64,000 nucleotides of DNA from Alphaproteobacteria bacterium (GCA_965214705.1 CBDCCI010000002.1:1344001-1408000), one strand, 5' to 3'. Positions 39,412 through 49,429 are shown, counted from the stretch's first letter. Program-made: numbers and translations. The notes: generated by a model not told the origin, from the sequence alone.

Positions 39412-40152
39412 TCACGGCCGCACCGTCAGCGGACAATCGACAACCGTGTCCGTCCGCATGGCCTCGAGTTCGCAATCGACGATGGTGCGACCGTAGGTGT
39501 GCCGGATGTGCTCGCCCCAGCCTCGGGTCGGATCGTGCAGGGGGATGACCTCGAATTGCACCTGGACCAGCAGGCCGAGAAGGACGCAGGCGGGGAAGCC
39601 CGCGGCCATCGCGAGACCGGCCCAGCGCCTGCGCCGGCGCCTTTCATTGTCGGCCCAATGCACGAAGTCGGCCTTGAAGGCGCGGAGCGCGGCCGCGAGT
39701 TCCGCAGCCGCGCTCATCGCCGCGTCCCGGGGCTCGTGAGCCTCGTCCGTCGATCGCTCGGGCTCCGCTCCTGTTCCAGCGGCGTCCCCACCGTGCGGGT
39801 CGCCTGGCTGCTCAGCGTCTTCCTGCGCTGGCTGCGGCAGTTCCTCTCCACGTCCTTCGTACTCGGCGATCTTTTCCGCGACATAGCGCGCGAAGAGCCA
39901 GCTTTCGCCGTCTGCCCGCGCAACGCCACCGCGCTTCTCCGCCGGAGCGGGGTCAGCCCCGGCATCGGGCGCCGGCGGGGCCGGGCCGTCGCCGGCAGGC
40001 GCGCCGCCCGCGCCTGCCGACTCATCCCCCGCCGGCTTGCCGCCGCGGGCTTCGCTCCACGGCTCGTGCCGCTGCCCGTTGACGGGCCGCGCCTCTGCGC
40101 GGTCCGGATCCAGGTCGATGCCAACCGGCATCGTGGGTCTCCTGGCAGTCAT
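39412..40152 (-). CDS. Hypothetical single-TM protein coupled to the coupling-protein gene
   Basis: ATGA overlap with virD4 stop; low-complexity N-terminus, RRRRRRW then hydrophobic helix, IPLHDPTRGW tail. Confidence 0.6.
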   Translation of the reverse strand: MTARRPTMPVGIDLDPDRAEARPVNGQRHEPWSEARGGKPAGDESAGAGGAPAGDGPAPPAPDAGADPAPAEKRGGVARADGESWLFARYVAEKIAEYEGRGEELPQPAQEDAEQPGDPHGGDAAGTGAEPERSTDEAHEPRDAAMSAAAELAAALRAFKADFVHWADNERRRRRRWAGLAMAAGFPACVLLGLLVQVQFEVIPLHDPTRGWGEHIRHTYGRTIVDCELEAMRTDTVVDCPLTVRP

Positions 40153-42140
40153 TCCGCACCTCCCATGATCGTCGTCGGCCGGCGCGTTCCGTCGCCCGCA
40201 GCGGCGTTGGCCGCCGCCATCTCCTTGCGCAGAACGTACGGGTTGGGATCGGCCAGGAAGCGCGTGTCCGGCCGCTCCCAGTAGTGCGCGTGGTGGAGAT
40301 GAAGCGCGTCGCGCTTGATGTCCCTGGCAGCCCCGATCACGTACTGCCGGTCCGGCCCCATCGTCATCAGCTCGTCGGGCGTCACCAGCCGCTCGCGCAC
40401 GAGGCTGAAGGATTCTCCGGCCTGCCACTGGGTGTTGCCGGCAACCACGCGGCTGTCCGAGACACTGCCCGAGCGGCTCTCCGTCCGGCCCTCGAAGGTG
40501 GCGGTGCCGATGGCCTTGGACATCTCCTCCGCGCCCTCCGCGTCGGTGCGCGGGAAGCCGAGGATCTGGACGACCTCGGCAAGGTCCAGCAGCGTCTTGC
40601 GGTGCTCCTTGCCCCAGGTCGAATCCAGCGCCGAGATCGACTGGGCGAAGCACCAGAAGTGCACCCCCTTGCCGGCGGCCATGGTATAGCCGTCCATCAC
40701 CGGCTTGAGGTATCCGAGCCGCGGCATCTCGTCGATGACGATCAGCATGTCGCGCTCGAGCGGCGTGATGCCCGCCACGGCGTTCGGGATGGCGACCCAG
40801 AGGCGGAGCCAGCCCTTGACGTGCTCGACGGTCTCCTCGGGCACGACGACGAACAGGTCGGTGTCGCCGTCTGCCAGCATCAGCGGATTGAAGCCCCTAT
40901 CGGAGCAAGAGGTGTGGTCGAGCAGCTCCGGGTAGTTGAGGAAGGAGAGCTGGTTGGCGATGGTGCTGAAGTTGGACCCGCCTTCCTCCTTGCCCACCTG
41001 CGCCTGGCGCTCGACGGCGATATGCGTCAGACCGCCGGCGAAGCGCTCCGTGCGCCGGACATGCTCGGCGAACTCCTCCCGCTCGCCCGGACCCATGGAG
41101 AGCAGGCGATGGACCATGCCCAGGGTCTGGAACTCGGGCGGCTCGCGGAAGCGCACCCAGGCCATGTATCCGGCGACGATGGCGCGGGCGGACTCGTAGA
41201 AGTGCCGGCTGTTCTCCAGCGCGCCCGGACGCGGCGGCGTCAGCAGGGCGTCGAGCAGCACGTTGATATCGCGCACCGCGAGGCCCTCGTCCTCGCGGAT
41301 GAACGAGAGCGGGTTGTAGGTGAAGCTGACCACCTCCGGCAGCCGGCACCCCCCGAAATCCTCCCTGTGCTTCCTCACCACGCCGAAGGGGTCGATGAGC
41401 ACGGTGCGCCGGCCCATCTCGCGGCGGCGGCGCGCGGCGATGCAGTAGAGCTCGCCGCGCGGATCGATGGTGACGGTGGAGCCGTCGAAGCCGCGGCCCT
41501 CGGGCGAGAGCAGGTTGAGGGCGATGAGGGCGCCCTTTCCGGCGCGAGGCGGGGCGACGGTGATGGCCGAGCCCTCGAGGGACCAGCCGATCAGGGGCGC
41601 GTTCTTTCGCTCGCCCCACTGGCCGAGCAGGATACCCCGGCGCTTCGCCAGCTTGCGCATGGAGCGCCGGTCCAGCAGCGCGGCCCTGCCGTGGAGGTCG
41701 GACTTCGCGCGCCGGCGGCGCTCGCCGCCGCCGGCCTGCCCGATCAGATGGAAAGCCGCCCCGCACCAGAGCAGGGCCAGCACCGGGACGGCCGCGATCG
41801 GGAGCACCAGCATGACCAGCCCGAACCCTTTCAGCCCAAGCAGCCAGTCCAGGGTGGCGTCGCGCCACTGGACGTCCCCAAGCGGGCGTACGATGCCGGT
41901 CCAGAACGACGCGATGGAAACCGAGAGGCCCGCGCTGTAGAGCCCGAAGCGGATCCAGCCTCCGGAGCGCTGGCGGCCGGTCGCGTAGTAGGCCGCGAGC
42001 GACGCTGCGGCCGCGAGCGCGAGAGCGGCGGCGGCCAAGTCGTTCGGCCTGTAGCCGGTGGTGAGCCAGATCGCCCAGCCTCCGCCCGCGGCGAGCAGGA
42101 GGGCGCAGACGGACAGTTCGAAGGTTCTCATGTCGTTCAT
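40149..42140 (-). CDS. virD4: VirD4/TraG-type type IV coupling protein
   Basis: N-terminal TM helices, HGRA, Walker A APPRAGKG, IDPRGEL, YNPL, Walker B IVIDE, RLVTPDEL. Confidence 0.88.
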   Translation of the reverse strand: MNDMRTFELSVCALLLAAGGGWAIWLTTGYRPNDLAAAALALAAAASLAAYYATGRQRSGGWIRFGLYSAGLSVSIASFWTGIVRPLGDVQWRDATLDWLLGLKGFGLVMLVLPIAAVPVLALLWCGAAFHLIGQAGGGERRRRAKSDLHGRAALLDRRSMRKLAKRRGILLGQWGERKNAPLIGWSLEGSAITVAPPRAGKGALIALNLLSPEGRGFDGSTVTIDPRGELYCIAARRRREMGRRTVLIDPFGVVRKHREDFGGCRLPEVVSFTYNPLSFIREDEGLAVRDINVLLDALLTPPRPGALENSRHFYESARAIVAGYMAWVRFREPPEFQTLGMVHRLLSMGPGEREEFAEHVRRTERFAGGLTHIAVERQAQVGKEEGGSNFSTIANQLSFLNYPELLDHTSCSDRGFNPLMLADGDTDLFVVVPEETVEHVKGWLRLWVAIPNAVAGITPLERDMLIVIDEMPRLGYLKPVMDGYTMAAGKGVHFWCFAQSISALDSTWGKEHRKTLLDLAEVVQILGFPRTDAEGAEEMSKAIGTATFEGRTESRSGSVSDSRVVAGNTQWQAGESFSLVRERLVTPDELMTMGPDRQYVIGAARDIKRDALHLHHAHYWERPDTRFLADPNPYVLRKEMAAANAAAGDGTRRPTTIMGGAE

Positions 42141-42804
42141 CTCCCCTTGGTCGAGAACGGCGCTCGCATGAGGCGGCCCCGGCACGGCGCGTGCGGCGAA
42201 AGGGACACCGACCCGGACCTTGCCAGCTGCAACACAGATTGCGCTGCGAAACCGTGAAGAAGGTCCACGAACAACGCGTTCGTTTCACCGCATCCTGTCC
42301 CCATTAACATCGCCGTCAGAGCTCTTTCCGGTCTCTGAATACACGCAAGAGAACGTGCGTAAGACGGGCTGTCAACTCGGATCGAGCAATGGTTACAGTC
42401 AGTTGCCATAGACATGCGCCCCATAGAGTACTCCTGAGTACGCCTGACTACTCTGGAGTACGCCGAGAATTTATTTTCGTCGGTGCTGATTCTCCAGCGG
42501 TCGCGACGGCGATCATCCTCCGACTCGACGGCGACGACGCGCTCGTCCTTGGCGATGCGGCCGTCGAGACCGCGCAGGTCGTGGATCGACCACCGCCCAT
42601 CGTTGGCGCCGCGCGGCTTGTCCCCAGCATCCGGGCTTGTCCCACGCCGGCGCTTGAGTGGCGCGGCAAAGCCGGAGTCGCCGTGCACCTTCGTTCCCAC
42701 GCGCCGGACCGAGGGGTCGGAGCGCTTCGGATTGGCCAGGATCAAGTCACGGATGGCGTGATCGAGAGTGTCCATGCGGGTGAACATAGGCGGAACATTC
42801 GCCA

Positions 42805-42834
42805 TTGACAATAGGGTTGTTTAGGAAATAGCCT
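42805..42834 (+). promoter_or_regulatory. Candidate sigma70 promoter for the S24 repressor
   Basis: TTGACA (42805-42810), 18 nt, TAGCCT. Confidence 0.45.
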
Positions 42835-42863
42835 GCATTCCCGCATACGCGCAAGGAGATGAC

Positions 42864-43544
42864 ATGAGCCCCGATCCACCGCGAGACAGCCTGCGCCAGG
42901 CGCTATGGAAGAACGGAATGTCCCTCGCCGAGGCCTCCCTCGCCATCGGCCGCAACAAGGCCTACCTTCACCAGTACTTCTCCCGCCTCATGCCCCGGGT
43001 GCTCTCGCACCAGGACAGCGAGGCGCTGGGAAAGCTCCTCGGCTCGGACCCCGCCGCGTTCCGCCACGAAGAGCTGCCGGCGCCCAAGCCCTGGAAAGGC
43101 AAGCGGCGCAAGACCTCCGCCGCCGGACCCGCGCTCGCCACCGTCATGGAGGTCGAGGTCGAGGCCTCTGCCGGGCCCGGCACCTTCGCCGAGGAGTTCG
43201 TTCAGGAGAGGGCACGCTGGCGCCTGCCGGAGGTCATGGTCCGCCACGAGGGCCACGCCGACCCCGATGCGCTCCGCATTCTCCGCGTACGCGGCAACTC
43301 GATGGAGCCCGAGTTGCGCGACGGCGACCGCGTCGTTGTCGACACCGCTAGGCGCATCCCCGTCACGGGCGAGTTGTTCGTGCTCTGGGACGGCACCGGC
43401 CTCGTCGTCAAGCGCGTCGCCGGCCTCTCCGCAGACGGCATGCTCAGCCTGCTCTCCGCCAATCCCGACTATCCGGCCTACGAGTGCCGCGCCGAAGAGG
43501 CCCACATCGTCGGAAAGGTGGTCTGGAAGTTCACACGGGCATGA
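42864..43544 (+). CDS. CI/LexA-like repressor (HTH + S24 peptidase)
   Basis: SLAEASLAIGRNKAYLHQY HTH; VRGNSMEP, VVKR, LLSANPDY, IVGKVVW. Confidence 0.9.
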   Translation: MSPDPPRDSLRQALWKNGMSLAEASLAIGRNKAYLHQYFSRLMPRVLSHQDSEALGKLLGSDPAAFRHEELPAPKPWKGKRRKTSAAGPALATVMEVEVEASAGPGTFAEEFVQERARWRLPEVMVRHEGHADPDALRILRVRGNSMEPELRDGDRVVVDTARRIPVTGELFVLWDGTGLVVKRVAGLSADGMLSLLSANPDYPAYECRAEEAHIVGKVVWKFTRA

Positions 43545-43740
43545 GGTGTTGGCGTCCAACCCTGCCCCCTGAGTCCCGCCAGACTGGACGCTTACCGTGC
43601 CGATCGGCAGCCAATCCGCAGGCTGTGCCCAACACCGCGAGCCGGATTATCGCGGACCCCGCCGGAACCTCCGCGCCTTGTCGCGACGGCTCCTCGGAGG
43701 AAATCTGCAACGGCTTGACCTCGATGGACGATGTCCGCCC

Positions 43741-44163
43741 TCATTCTGCCGACCAGGGATCGAAGATCTCCGCGCCCGTGGTCCGGAAATCGGCCACGTT
43801 CCCGGTGACCACCGTCATCCCGTGAACTATGGCCGTCGCCGCGATCAACGCGTCCCGTTCGGCCTGCGGATCGGGCACATGCAACTGTGCGCATTTGAGG
43901 GCCACGGCGGCATCGACGGGCAATGTGCGCTCCAGGAACTCGGGCAGGACGTGCCGATCCATCCATGTGCGCAGACGCTCACCTTGTCCGGTGTCCCGCC
44001 GCTCAACGCGAAGGATGCCGATCTCCAGTTCCATGAGCGTGAGCGCCGAGATGTAGAAGCTCGCCGCGTCCTGGCCGGAGACCCACGACGCAACGCGGGC
44101 ATTCGCCCTGCCGTCTCCGAGCTTGCGCAACTCGGAGATCACGTTCGTGTCCAACAGGAACAT
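43741..44163 (-). CDS. vapC: VapC PIN-domain toxin
   Basis: FLLDTNVISE, DALIAATA, VVTGNVADF. Confidence 0.93.
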   Translation of the reverse strand: MFLLDTNVISELRKLGDGRANARVASWVSGQDAASFYISALTLMELEIGILRVERRDTGQGERLRTWMDRHVLPEFLERTLPVDAAVALKCAQLHVPDPQAERDALIAATAIVHGMTVVTGNVADFRTTGAEIFDPWSAE

Positions 44164-44417
44164 CAGGAAAGATCGGGCGCAGCAGCTTCGATACGCGCGC
44201 GCGGCGGCTCGAAGTCGATATCGGCCAGACCCGGCATCGACAGTGCCTCCACGAGACTGCGGCCCTGGCCTGCCAGCCGCCTGTAATCCTCGATGCTGAG
44301 AAGAACGTGGGCAAGCTTTCCGCGGTCGGTGATGAACACCGGTCCTGACTTCGCCGCCTTCTTTGCGCGCGCGACGTCTTGATTGAGTTCGCGGCTGGTC
44401 ACGGTGGTGATGGTCAT
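44163..44417 (-). CDS. Phd/YefM-family antitoxin
   Basis: SRELNQDVARAKKAAKSGPVFITDRG; overlaps vapC start. Confidence 0.9.
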   Translation of the reverse strand: MTITTVTSRELNQDVARAKKAAKSGPVFITDRGKLAHVLLSIEDYRRLAGQGRSLVEALSMPGLADIDFEPPRARIEAAAPDLS

Positions 44418-44436
44418 GCCGGGCTCCATTGCCTAT

Positions 44437-44452
44437 GTAGTCATGTAACTAC
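44437..44452. promoter_or_regulatory. Palindromic operator candidate upstream of the antitoxin
   Basis: GTAGT-catgta-ACTAC 20 nt upstream of ATG. Confidence 0.55.
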
Positions 44453-44503
44453 TACAACGCTCGGCAGGCAAGCCGGAAGCCAGCACAAAATCGTTGCCAA
44501 CGA

Positions 44504-44914
44504 TCAGCGTGCTTTCCCTTTCGGCTTGCCGAGCACCTGTTCCACCTGCGCGCGCGAGATCCGGAGCTGGCGGGCGATGGCCGCGGGTTTGACCCCGGCC
44601 TCGAACGCTGCCCGGACGAGCCTCGCCTGACCCGCCGCGAGCGGCAGCGGCCGCCGCTTCGCCTTGCCGCCGGCGGCCGGTGCCGGCTTCTCCGATCCTG
44701 CAGCCTGCGGAGGGGCGAGTTCTCCGCCGAGCGGGCACCTCCGCCGCCGCGCTTCCTTGACGACCGCCCGCAGCAGCTCGTCAAGCTGAGCGTCATCGAG
44801 GTGGCGCAACGAGCCCGGCAGATCGGACGGCAGGGAATACCGCGTCCGCCCGGCGGTGCGCGCGCTGCCCGACCCGCGCCATTCCCGCCCATCCGGCGAG
44901 TCCGGATCCCACAC
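44504..44914 (-). CDS. Hypothetical protein with C-terminal HTH
   Basis: VRAAFEAGVKPAAIARQLRISRAQVEQVL; start uncertain. Confidence 0.6.
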   Translation of the reverse strand: MWDPDSPDGREWRGSGSARTAGRTRYSLPSDLPGSLRHLDDAQLDELLRAVVKEARRRRCPLGGELAPPQAAGSEKPAPAAGGKAKRRPLPLAAGQARLVRAAFEAGVKPAAIARQLRISRAQVEQVLGKPKGKAR

Positions 44915-44935
44915 GCCGAGCGCGAACCTGCCGCG

Positions 44936-45826
44936 TTAGCGGCCATCGATCCCGGGCCTGCGGTGAGCCTCATGCCCCGCTGCTTCCGAAGCCGGGCCGT
45001 CCGCCTCCAGGCGGCGAACCAGCCTCTGCGCCCTCGCGCTATCCATCTCGCGAAGCGCGTCGAGGACGGTCCCCGCGAGCGCAGGATGATTATCGGCACA
45101 CCGGCCGAGATGAACGATTGCGTCCTCATCCCCGATCATCGTCAGCGCCTCGATCACCTTTTCCGACGGCTCGCATGCGAGTTCCGCCACGAGCGGGGCC
45201 ACGGCAGCGGCGTCCCCGGCGATACCCAGGGCGATCGCCGCCAGACGCCGCACCGGGGCCGATGAATCGCTCAGCCCCTCGCGAAGCAGCTCAACCGGCA
45301 CCCCGGCCCTCGGCGCCAGTGCATACGAGGCAGCCCGCACTGCCTCGTCCTCGTGGGCAAGAAGTGGAGCGACGAATCCCGCGGGCAGGGACAGCGCCGC
45401 CTCCGCCGCCGCTAGCATGGCCGCCGGCATGAGCGATGCAGGCAGGCCCTTCGACAGCACGATCCCCCTCAGGACCGAGCAGGCCCGCGCGTCCTCAAGC
45501 CGCGCGAGCGTGTCCAGAACTGCGCGCTGCTCCACCAGCGGGATGCGCAATCCGAACCCGGCGAAACGCCGCCACAGGCTCTCCAGCGCAGGCACTGCCG
45601 CCGCCAGCCTGCGCGACGCCACCTCGGAACACAGCGCCTCTGCGTTCGACATCGTCGCCTGCGGCAGCAGCCCGATCAGCGCCGCGTCAGAAAGCCTGGA
45701 GGCGTCAGGAGGCGCCTCCGGGGCGGCCGCCGCGGTGACGCCGCCTGCGTCTGTCAGGCCACGATCGTCGAACAGGTCGGGCTGGCTCTCAGCCGTCGCC
45801 CGACCGGCAGCTCCCCGCCCGGACAT
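44936..45826 (-). CDS. HEAT-repeat-like protein
   Basis: LLAHEDEAVRAA, LSDSSAPVRRLAAIALG repeats; GGAGG upstream. Confidence 0.75.
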   Translation of the reverse strand: MSGRGAAGRATAESQPDLFDDRGLTDAGGVTAAAAPEAPPDASRLSDAALIGLLPQATMSNAEALCSEVASRRLAAAVPALESLWRRFAGFGLRIPLVEQRAVLDTLARLEDARACSVLRGIVLSKGLPASLMPAAMLAAAEAALSLPAGFVAPLLAHEDEAVRAASYALAPRAGVPVELLREGLSDSSAPVRRLAAIALGIAGDAAAVAPLVAELACEPSEKVIEALTMIGDEDAIVHLGRCADNHPALAGTVLDALREMDSARAQRLVRRLEADGPASEAAGHEAHRRPGIDGR

Positions 45827-46011
45827 CCCTCCACCTTATCAATGTTCGGAAGTGCCGGCATCCCGCCGGCCGCATCCCTCGCCTTCGCCGCCCGCCGTGC
45901 CTGCGCGCCGCCGGGAGGTAGAGCCTGGCCGGGACGGGGGCGCGGCGGGGTCGGGCTCGCGGAGAGAGGCCTCCCGCCGCTTCCACCAACCAGCCCGCGG
46001 GAGGCGGCATC

Positions 46012-46329
46012 ATGCGGACATCAGGCGGCATCCAAGGGAGCGCCCGGACCTTTCTCACCCACTTCTTCGGTCGCGGTCTCGACGACGCGCGCTACGTCGT
46101 CGAGAGGTACAAGTCGGATTACCAGGGCCAGATCCGGCCCTGGCGCCCGGCCAGGGGATCGAAGGGTGCGCGCAAGGAGGCGCGGAAGGTGATGAGCCTG
46201 CGCGCCGTTCAGCGGCTGCGGCCCGAGCGCGACGAGATCATCGTGGCCACCGGGGTCGAGCTCGCCGGCGGCGTGCAAATGTATGGAGACCTCGCGACCG
46301 GGCTCTTCGCCAGCGGCAGGCATCGGTAG
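46012..46329 (+). CDS. Hypothetical protein
   Basis: GGAGG 8 nt before ATG; protein-like composition. Confidence 0.5.
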   Translation: MRTSGGIQGSARTFLTHFFGRGLDDARYVVERYKSDYQGQIRPWRPARGSKGARKEARKVMSLRAVQRLRPERDEIIVATGVELAGGVQMYGDLATGLFASGRHR

Positions 46330-46415
46330 GGCCGGCCGGGCCGGGGCGTCCCCAACGGGGCGCCCCGGCCGCCGCCCTCCGTCCGACCCGACCCTTGCAG
46401 CGAGGCTCGCCGATC

Positions 46416-47231
46416 ATGTCCTATGCAGACCCCGACCGGGGCCGCGCGCTCGATCGCGAACGCCACCGCCGGCGCGCCGCCGAGCGGATCGCGCGCGGCC
46501 TGTGCCCCAGATGCGGCGTCCGCCCGATGGCGCCCGAACGCCGGCTATGCGCCGAGTGCGGCGAGAAGAAACGCAGGGCCGAGCGCGCCCGCTATGCCGC
46601 GGGCAAGGCGGCCGCGAAACTTTACGGCGGCCGCTGCGTGGAGACCCGCCGCCGCGACGCCCGCGTCCGGGGCAAGGATCGCCATCGCGCCCGGCGCGAG
46701 GCGGGAATCTGCACGACGTGCGGCCGCCAGCCCGCCGCCGAGGGTGCTGCGGTGTGCGCAGGTTGCGGCGAGGCGAGACGCGTCCGCGAGCGGGAGATTT
46801 ACGAAGAGCGCCGCGCCGCCGGCTGCTGCGTGCGCTGCCGCGGCACGGCGCCGGCGGGCGCTTCGCGCTGCCGCCGTTGCGCGGCCAGGGAGGCCGCGCG
46901 GACGCCGCGAGAGAGAAAGAACGCCGGGGACCGAAAGCGGTACGCGCGCCGCCGCGCCAGGAACCTATGTGAAAAGTGCGGCACCTGGTCGGGTGCCGCC
47001 TCGGCTTGCGAGGCGTGCGCCCGCCGGTCCCGGATGCGCTCTTCCGAGCATCGCGGGCTGCCCGTGACGGCGACCCGGTACACCGTCATCGAGATCGGCA
47101 CCAGCCGCGATCACGGGACCTACGACAATCCTGCCGAGGTGGCGGCGTGCCTGGCGTTCGCCAGGCTCGGTCCCGAGGACGTCGAAATCGTCACCGACGC
47201 CTCCCCCATGGCCGTGCTGACGTCGTGGTAG
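46416..47231 (+). CDS. Arg-rich protein with four C4 zinc-finger-like repeats
   Basis: CPRC..CAEC, CTTC..CAGC, CVRC..CRRC, CEKC..CEAC separated by basic helices; ATG at 46416. Confidence 0.75.
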   Translation: MSYADPDRGRALDRERHRRRAAERIARGLCPRCGVRPMAPERRLCAECGEKKRRAERARYAAGKAAAKLYGGRCVETRRRDARVRGKDRHRARREAGICTTCGRQPAAEGAAVCAGCGEARRVREREIYEERRAAGCCVRCRGTAPAGASRCRRCAAREAARTPRERKNAGDRKRYARRRARNLCEKCGTWSGAASACEACARRSRMRSSEHRGLPVTATRYTVIEIGTSRDHGTYDNPAEVAACLAFARLGPEDVEIVTDASPMAVLTSW

Positions 47232-47452
47232 GCGCAGGCCTCGCACCCTGGCGGCGGGCCATCGGCGAGAGCGCTCCCGATCATGGGCTGCCCCGACAAG
47301 AGGTGCGCGCGGGCGATCGCGGCCGGCGCCAACAAGCACGCGGGAGCCGGTCAAGACAGGGAAAACCGGCTCCCGCGCATCCGCAGGGTCCGCACCACCG
47401 CGGAGCTGACAGCAGCAGGAGGCGTCCGGAACCCGACGGATATTCCGTCCCT

Positions 47453-47740
47453 CTACGGCTTCGCCGCCTCGACAATGATGCGACCGCGCCCGCGCCTGAT
47501 CAGGTAGCCGCCGCGCGGGATCGCCAGCGTGCCCTGCTGAACGAGCGGCCACAGCGTGTCGACGATCGTCGCCGCGTTGCCGTCGGACCTGGCTCCCGTC
47601 GCAGGCTGTGACGCCAGCCACTCCGCGAAAGCGCGCTCAGCGATCCCGTCGCCGACCGACTTGCGCAGCGCGCGAAGCTTGCGCAGCTGGCCCTTCGTCA
47701 ATGCGCTCTCGTCGATCCCAGCCGATGATGTTCCATCCAT
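47453..47740 (-). CDS. Hypothetical protein (95 aa)
   Basis: Protein-like ORF directly downstream of the IHF gene on the same strand. Confidence 0.6.
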   Translation of the reverse strand: MDGTSSAGIDESALTKGQLRKLRALRKSVGDGIAERAFAEWLASQPATGARSDGNAATIVDTLWPLVQQGTLAIPRGGYLIRRGRGRIIVEAAKP

Positions 47741-47787
47741 TGTCCCGATTCCGTCAGCCGACTCGAAGCTCCTGACAATTACACAGC

Positions 47788-48117
47788 TTAGCCCCTGGTG
47801 GCCACCTGCGCGCCGTCCGCCGCGCCGGCCATCGCCGCCGTCACGTGCTTCTTCAGTTTCTCAGACGCCCGGAAGGTCACCACCCGCCGGGCCGCGATCG
47901 GCGCCTCCTCCCCGGTCCTGGGATTGCGTCCGGTGCGCTCGCTCTTGTCGCGCACCGAGAAGCTGCCGAAGCCGGAGATCCCGACAGGCTCCCCCGCCGC
48001 CAGCCGCTCGCTGATCGCTTCGACCAGCGTGTCCACCAGCTCGGCCGCGTCGCGCTTGCGCAGTCCGGCCTCCTCGCACACCGCCGCCGCCAGATCGGCT
48101 CCGGTCACCGTCGCCAT
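47788..48117 (-). CDS. ihfA: IHF-alpha/HU-family DNA-binding protein
   Basis: ISGFGSFSVRDKSERTGRNPRTGEE..I.ARRVVTFRAS. Confidence 0.9.
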   Translation of the reverse strand: MATVTGADLAAAVCEEAGLRKRDAAELVDTLVEAISERLAAGEPVGISGFGSFSVRDKSERTGRNPRTGEEAPIAARRVVTFRASEKLKKHVTAAMAGAADGAQVATRG

Positions 48118-48521
48118 GGCTGATCCGTCCCTCAGATTCCGCGCACCATAGCCGGGCCGGGCGGCCGGTCAATTCGGGGTGACGGGGCTGCTGCTGGGGG
48201 GGAACCGGGATCGGTTGCCGAGACCGCGCCCCACCCCGTGTTCATGTGCAGCGCTTCGCGCCGCAAAGGTGCAATCCTTGCCACCCGTTCTTCCGATCCC
48301 GGTGCCGCGCCTTCCGCATCCGGCGGCTGCCGGCCTTCGCGGCATCCTGCGCGGGCGTCCGTGCGGTCCGCGAGTTCCGCGCCTGCCCCGTTCCCGTCGA
48401 GGCAGGCGGCACAGGAGAGCTAGAGGAGGGCCTTGAGAAGAGTGAGCAGGGAAGGGGTCGAGAGAGATCCCTCTCCCGCTCGTCACCCATCGTCAGCAAC
48501 CTGGATATGAGGAGACGAACA

Positions 48522-48980
48522 ATGGCTTTCGGTCTCAACTCCGCGCAGCTCATCGGGCGCCTCGGCGCAGATGTCACGATCGGCAACCTCGCGTCCGGCG
48601 GGCGCGTCGCCAACATGTCGGTGGCGACCGACGAAAGTTTCATCGACCGGAACGGTACCGGCGACAGAATCGACAGGACAGAATGGCACCGGGTCGTGAC
48701 CTTCCAGGGCGGCCTGGTGGACATGCTGGAGAAGCACGCGAAGAAGGGCCGTTTGGTCTATGTCGCAGGCAAGCTGCAGACCCGGAAGTGGCGCAAGGAC
48801 GGCGAGGATAGCGACCGTTATTCGACCGAGATCATCCTCGTTCCGGGCTCGCGGATCCAGTTCCTCGAGCGGCCTGCCGCCGCGAACGGCGATGCCGCTC
48901 CGGCCTCCAACAACGAGGCCATGGCGCCGGCTGCGGCCGCTTCCGATGCCTCCGAAGCTGGCTCGGCGATTCCTTTCTAG
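48522..48980 (+). CDS. ssb: Single-stranded DNA-binding protein
   Basis: LIGRLGAD, TEWHRVV, KGRLVYVAGKLQTRKW, C-terminal IPF; GAGGAG RBS. Confidence 0.95.
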   Translation: MAFGLNSAQLIGRLGADVTIGNLASGGRVANMSVATDESFIDRNGTGDRIDRTEWHRVVTFQGGLVDMLEKHAKKGRLVYVAGKLQTRKWRKDGEDSDRYSTEIILVPGSRIQFLERPAAANGDAAPASNNEAMAPAAAASDASEAGSAIPF

Positions 48981-49123
48981 ACGGGTCACTCCCTCCCGTC
49001 AGCAGGCCGGTCCCGCCCTTCACCAGGGTCTCGGGATCGGCCCTTCTTTCATCATCAACCGGGACGCGGCGCAGCCCTCTGACGGGCGCAGCCGCGTTCC
49101 CGCTGCCTCCCCGGAGACACGTC

Positions 49124-49429
49124 ATGCCGAGCTGCGACTTCAGCATCCATGACATCAAGTTCCGCCGGCGCCTCGACGACGAGTGCGACATCGTCGTCTT
49201 CGGCGAGACGGTCGGAACCGTCGCCCGGCGTCCCGATATCGCGAACTCCGCCGGCGGCCGGTACTACGTCGTACATCTTCGGGACGATCACCGCGGTCCC
49301 CGCACGGTCGACGACCGCGACGCGATCAAGCCGGCCATCGCCCGCATGCTGGTCGACCGCGATCTCGTCCCCTGGACGCCGCCGCCGGTTCACCCGGCAT
49401 TCGCCGCGAACGCGCAGCATCCCGCCTGA
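49124..49429 (+). CDS. Hypothetical protein (101 aa)
   Basis: GGAG RBS, high GC3, follows ssb. Confidence 0.6.
   Translation: MPSCDFSIHDIKFRRRLDDECDIVVFGETVGTVARRPDIANSAGGRYYVVHLRDDHRGPRTVDDRDAIKPAIARMLVDRDLVPWTPPPVHPAFAANAQHPA

Noticed and set aside
44860-44914. WDPDSPDGREWRGSG as an H-NS DNA-binding motif
   Set aside because: Only superficially like TWxGxGRxP, at the wrong end of the protein, and may be upstream of the real start.
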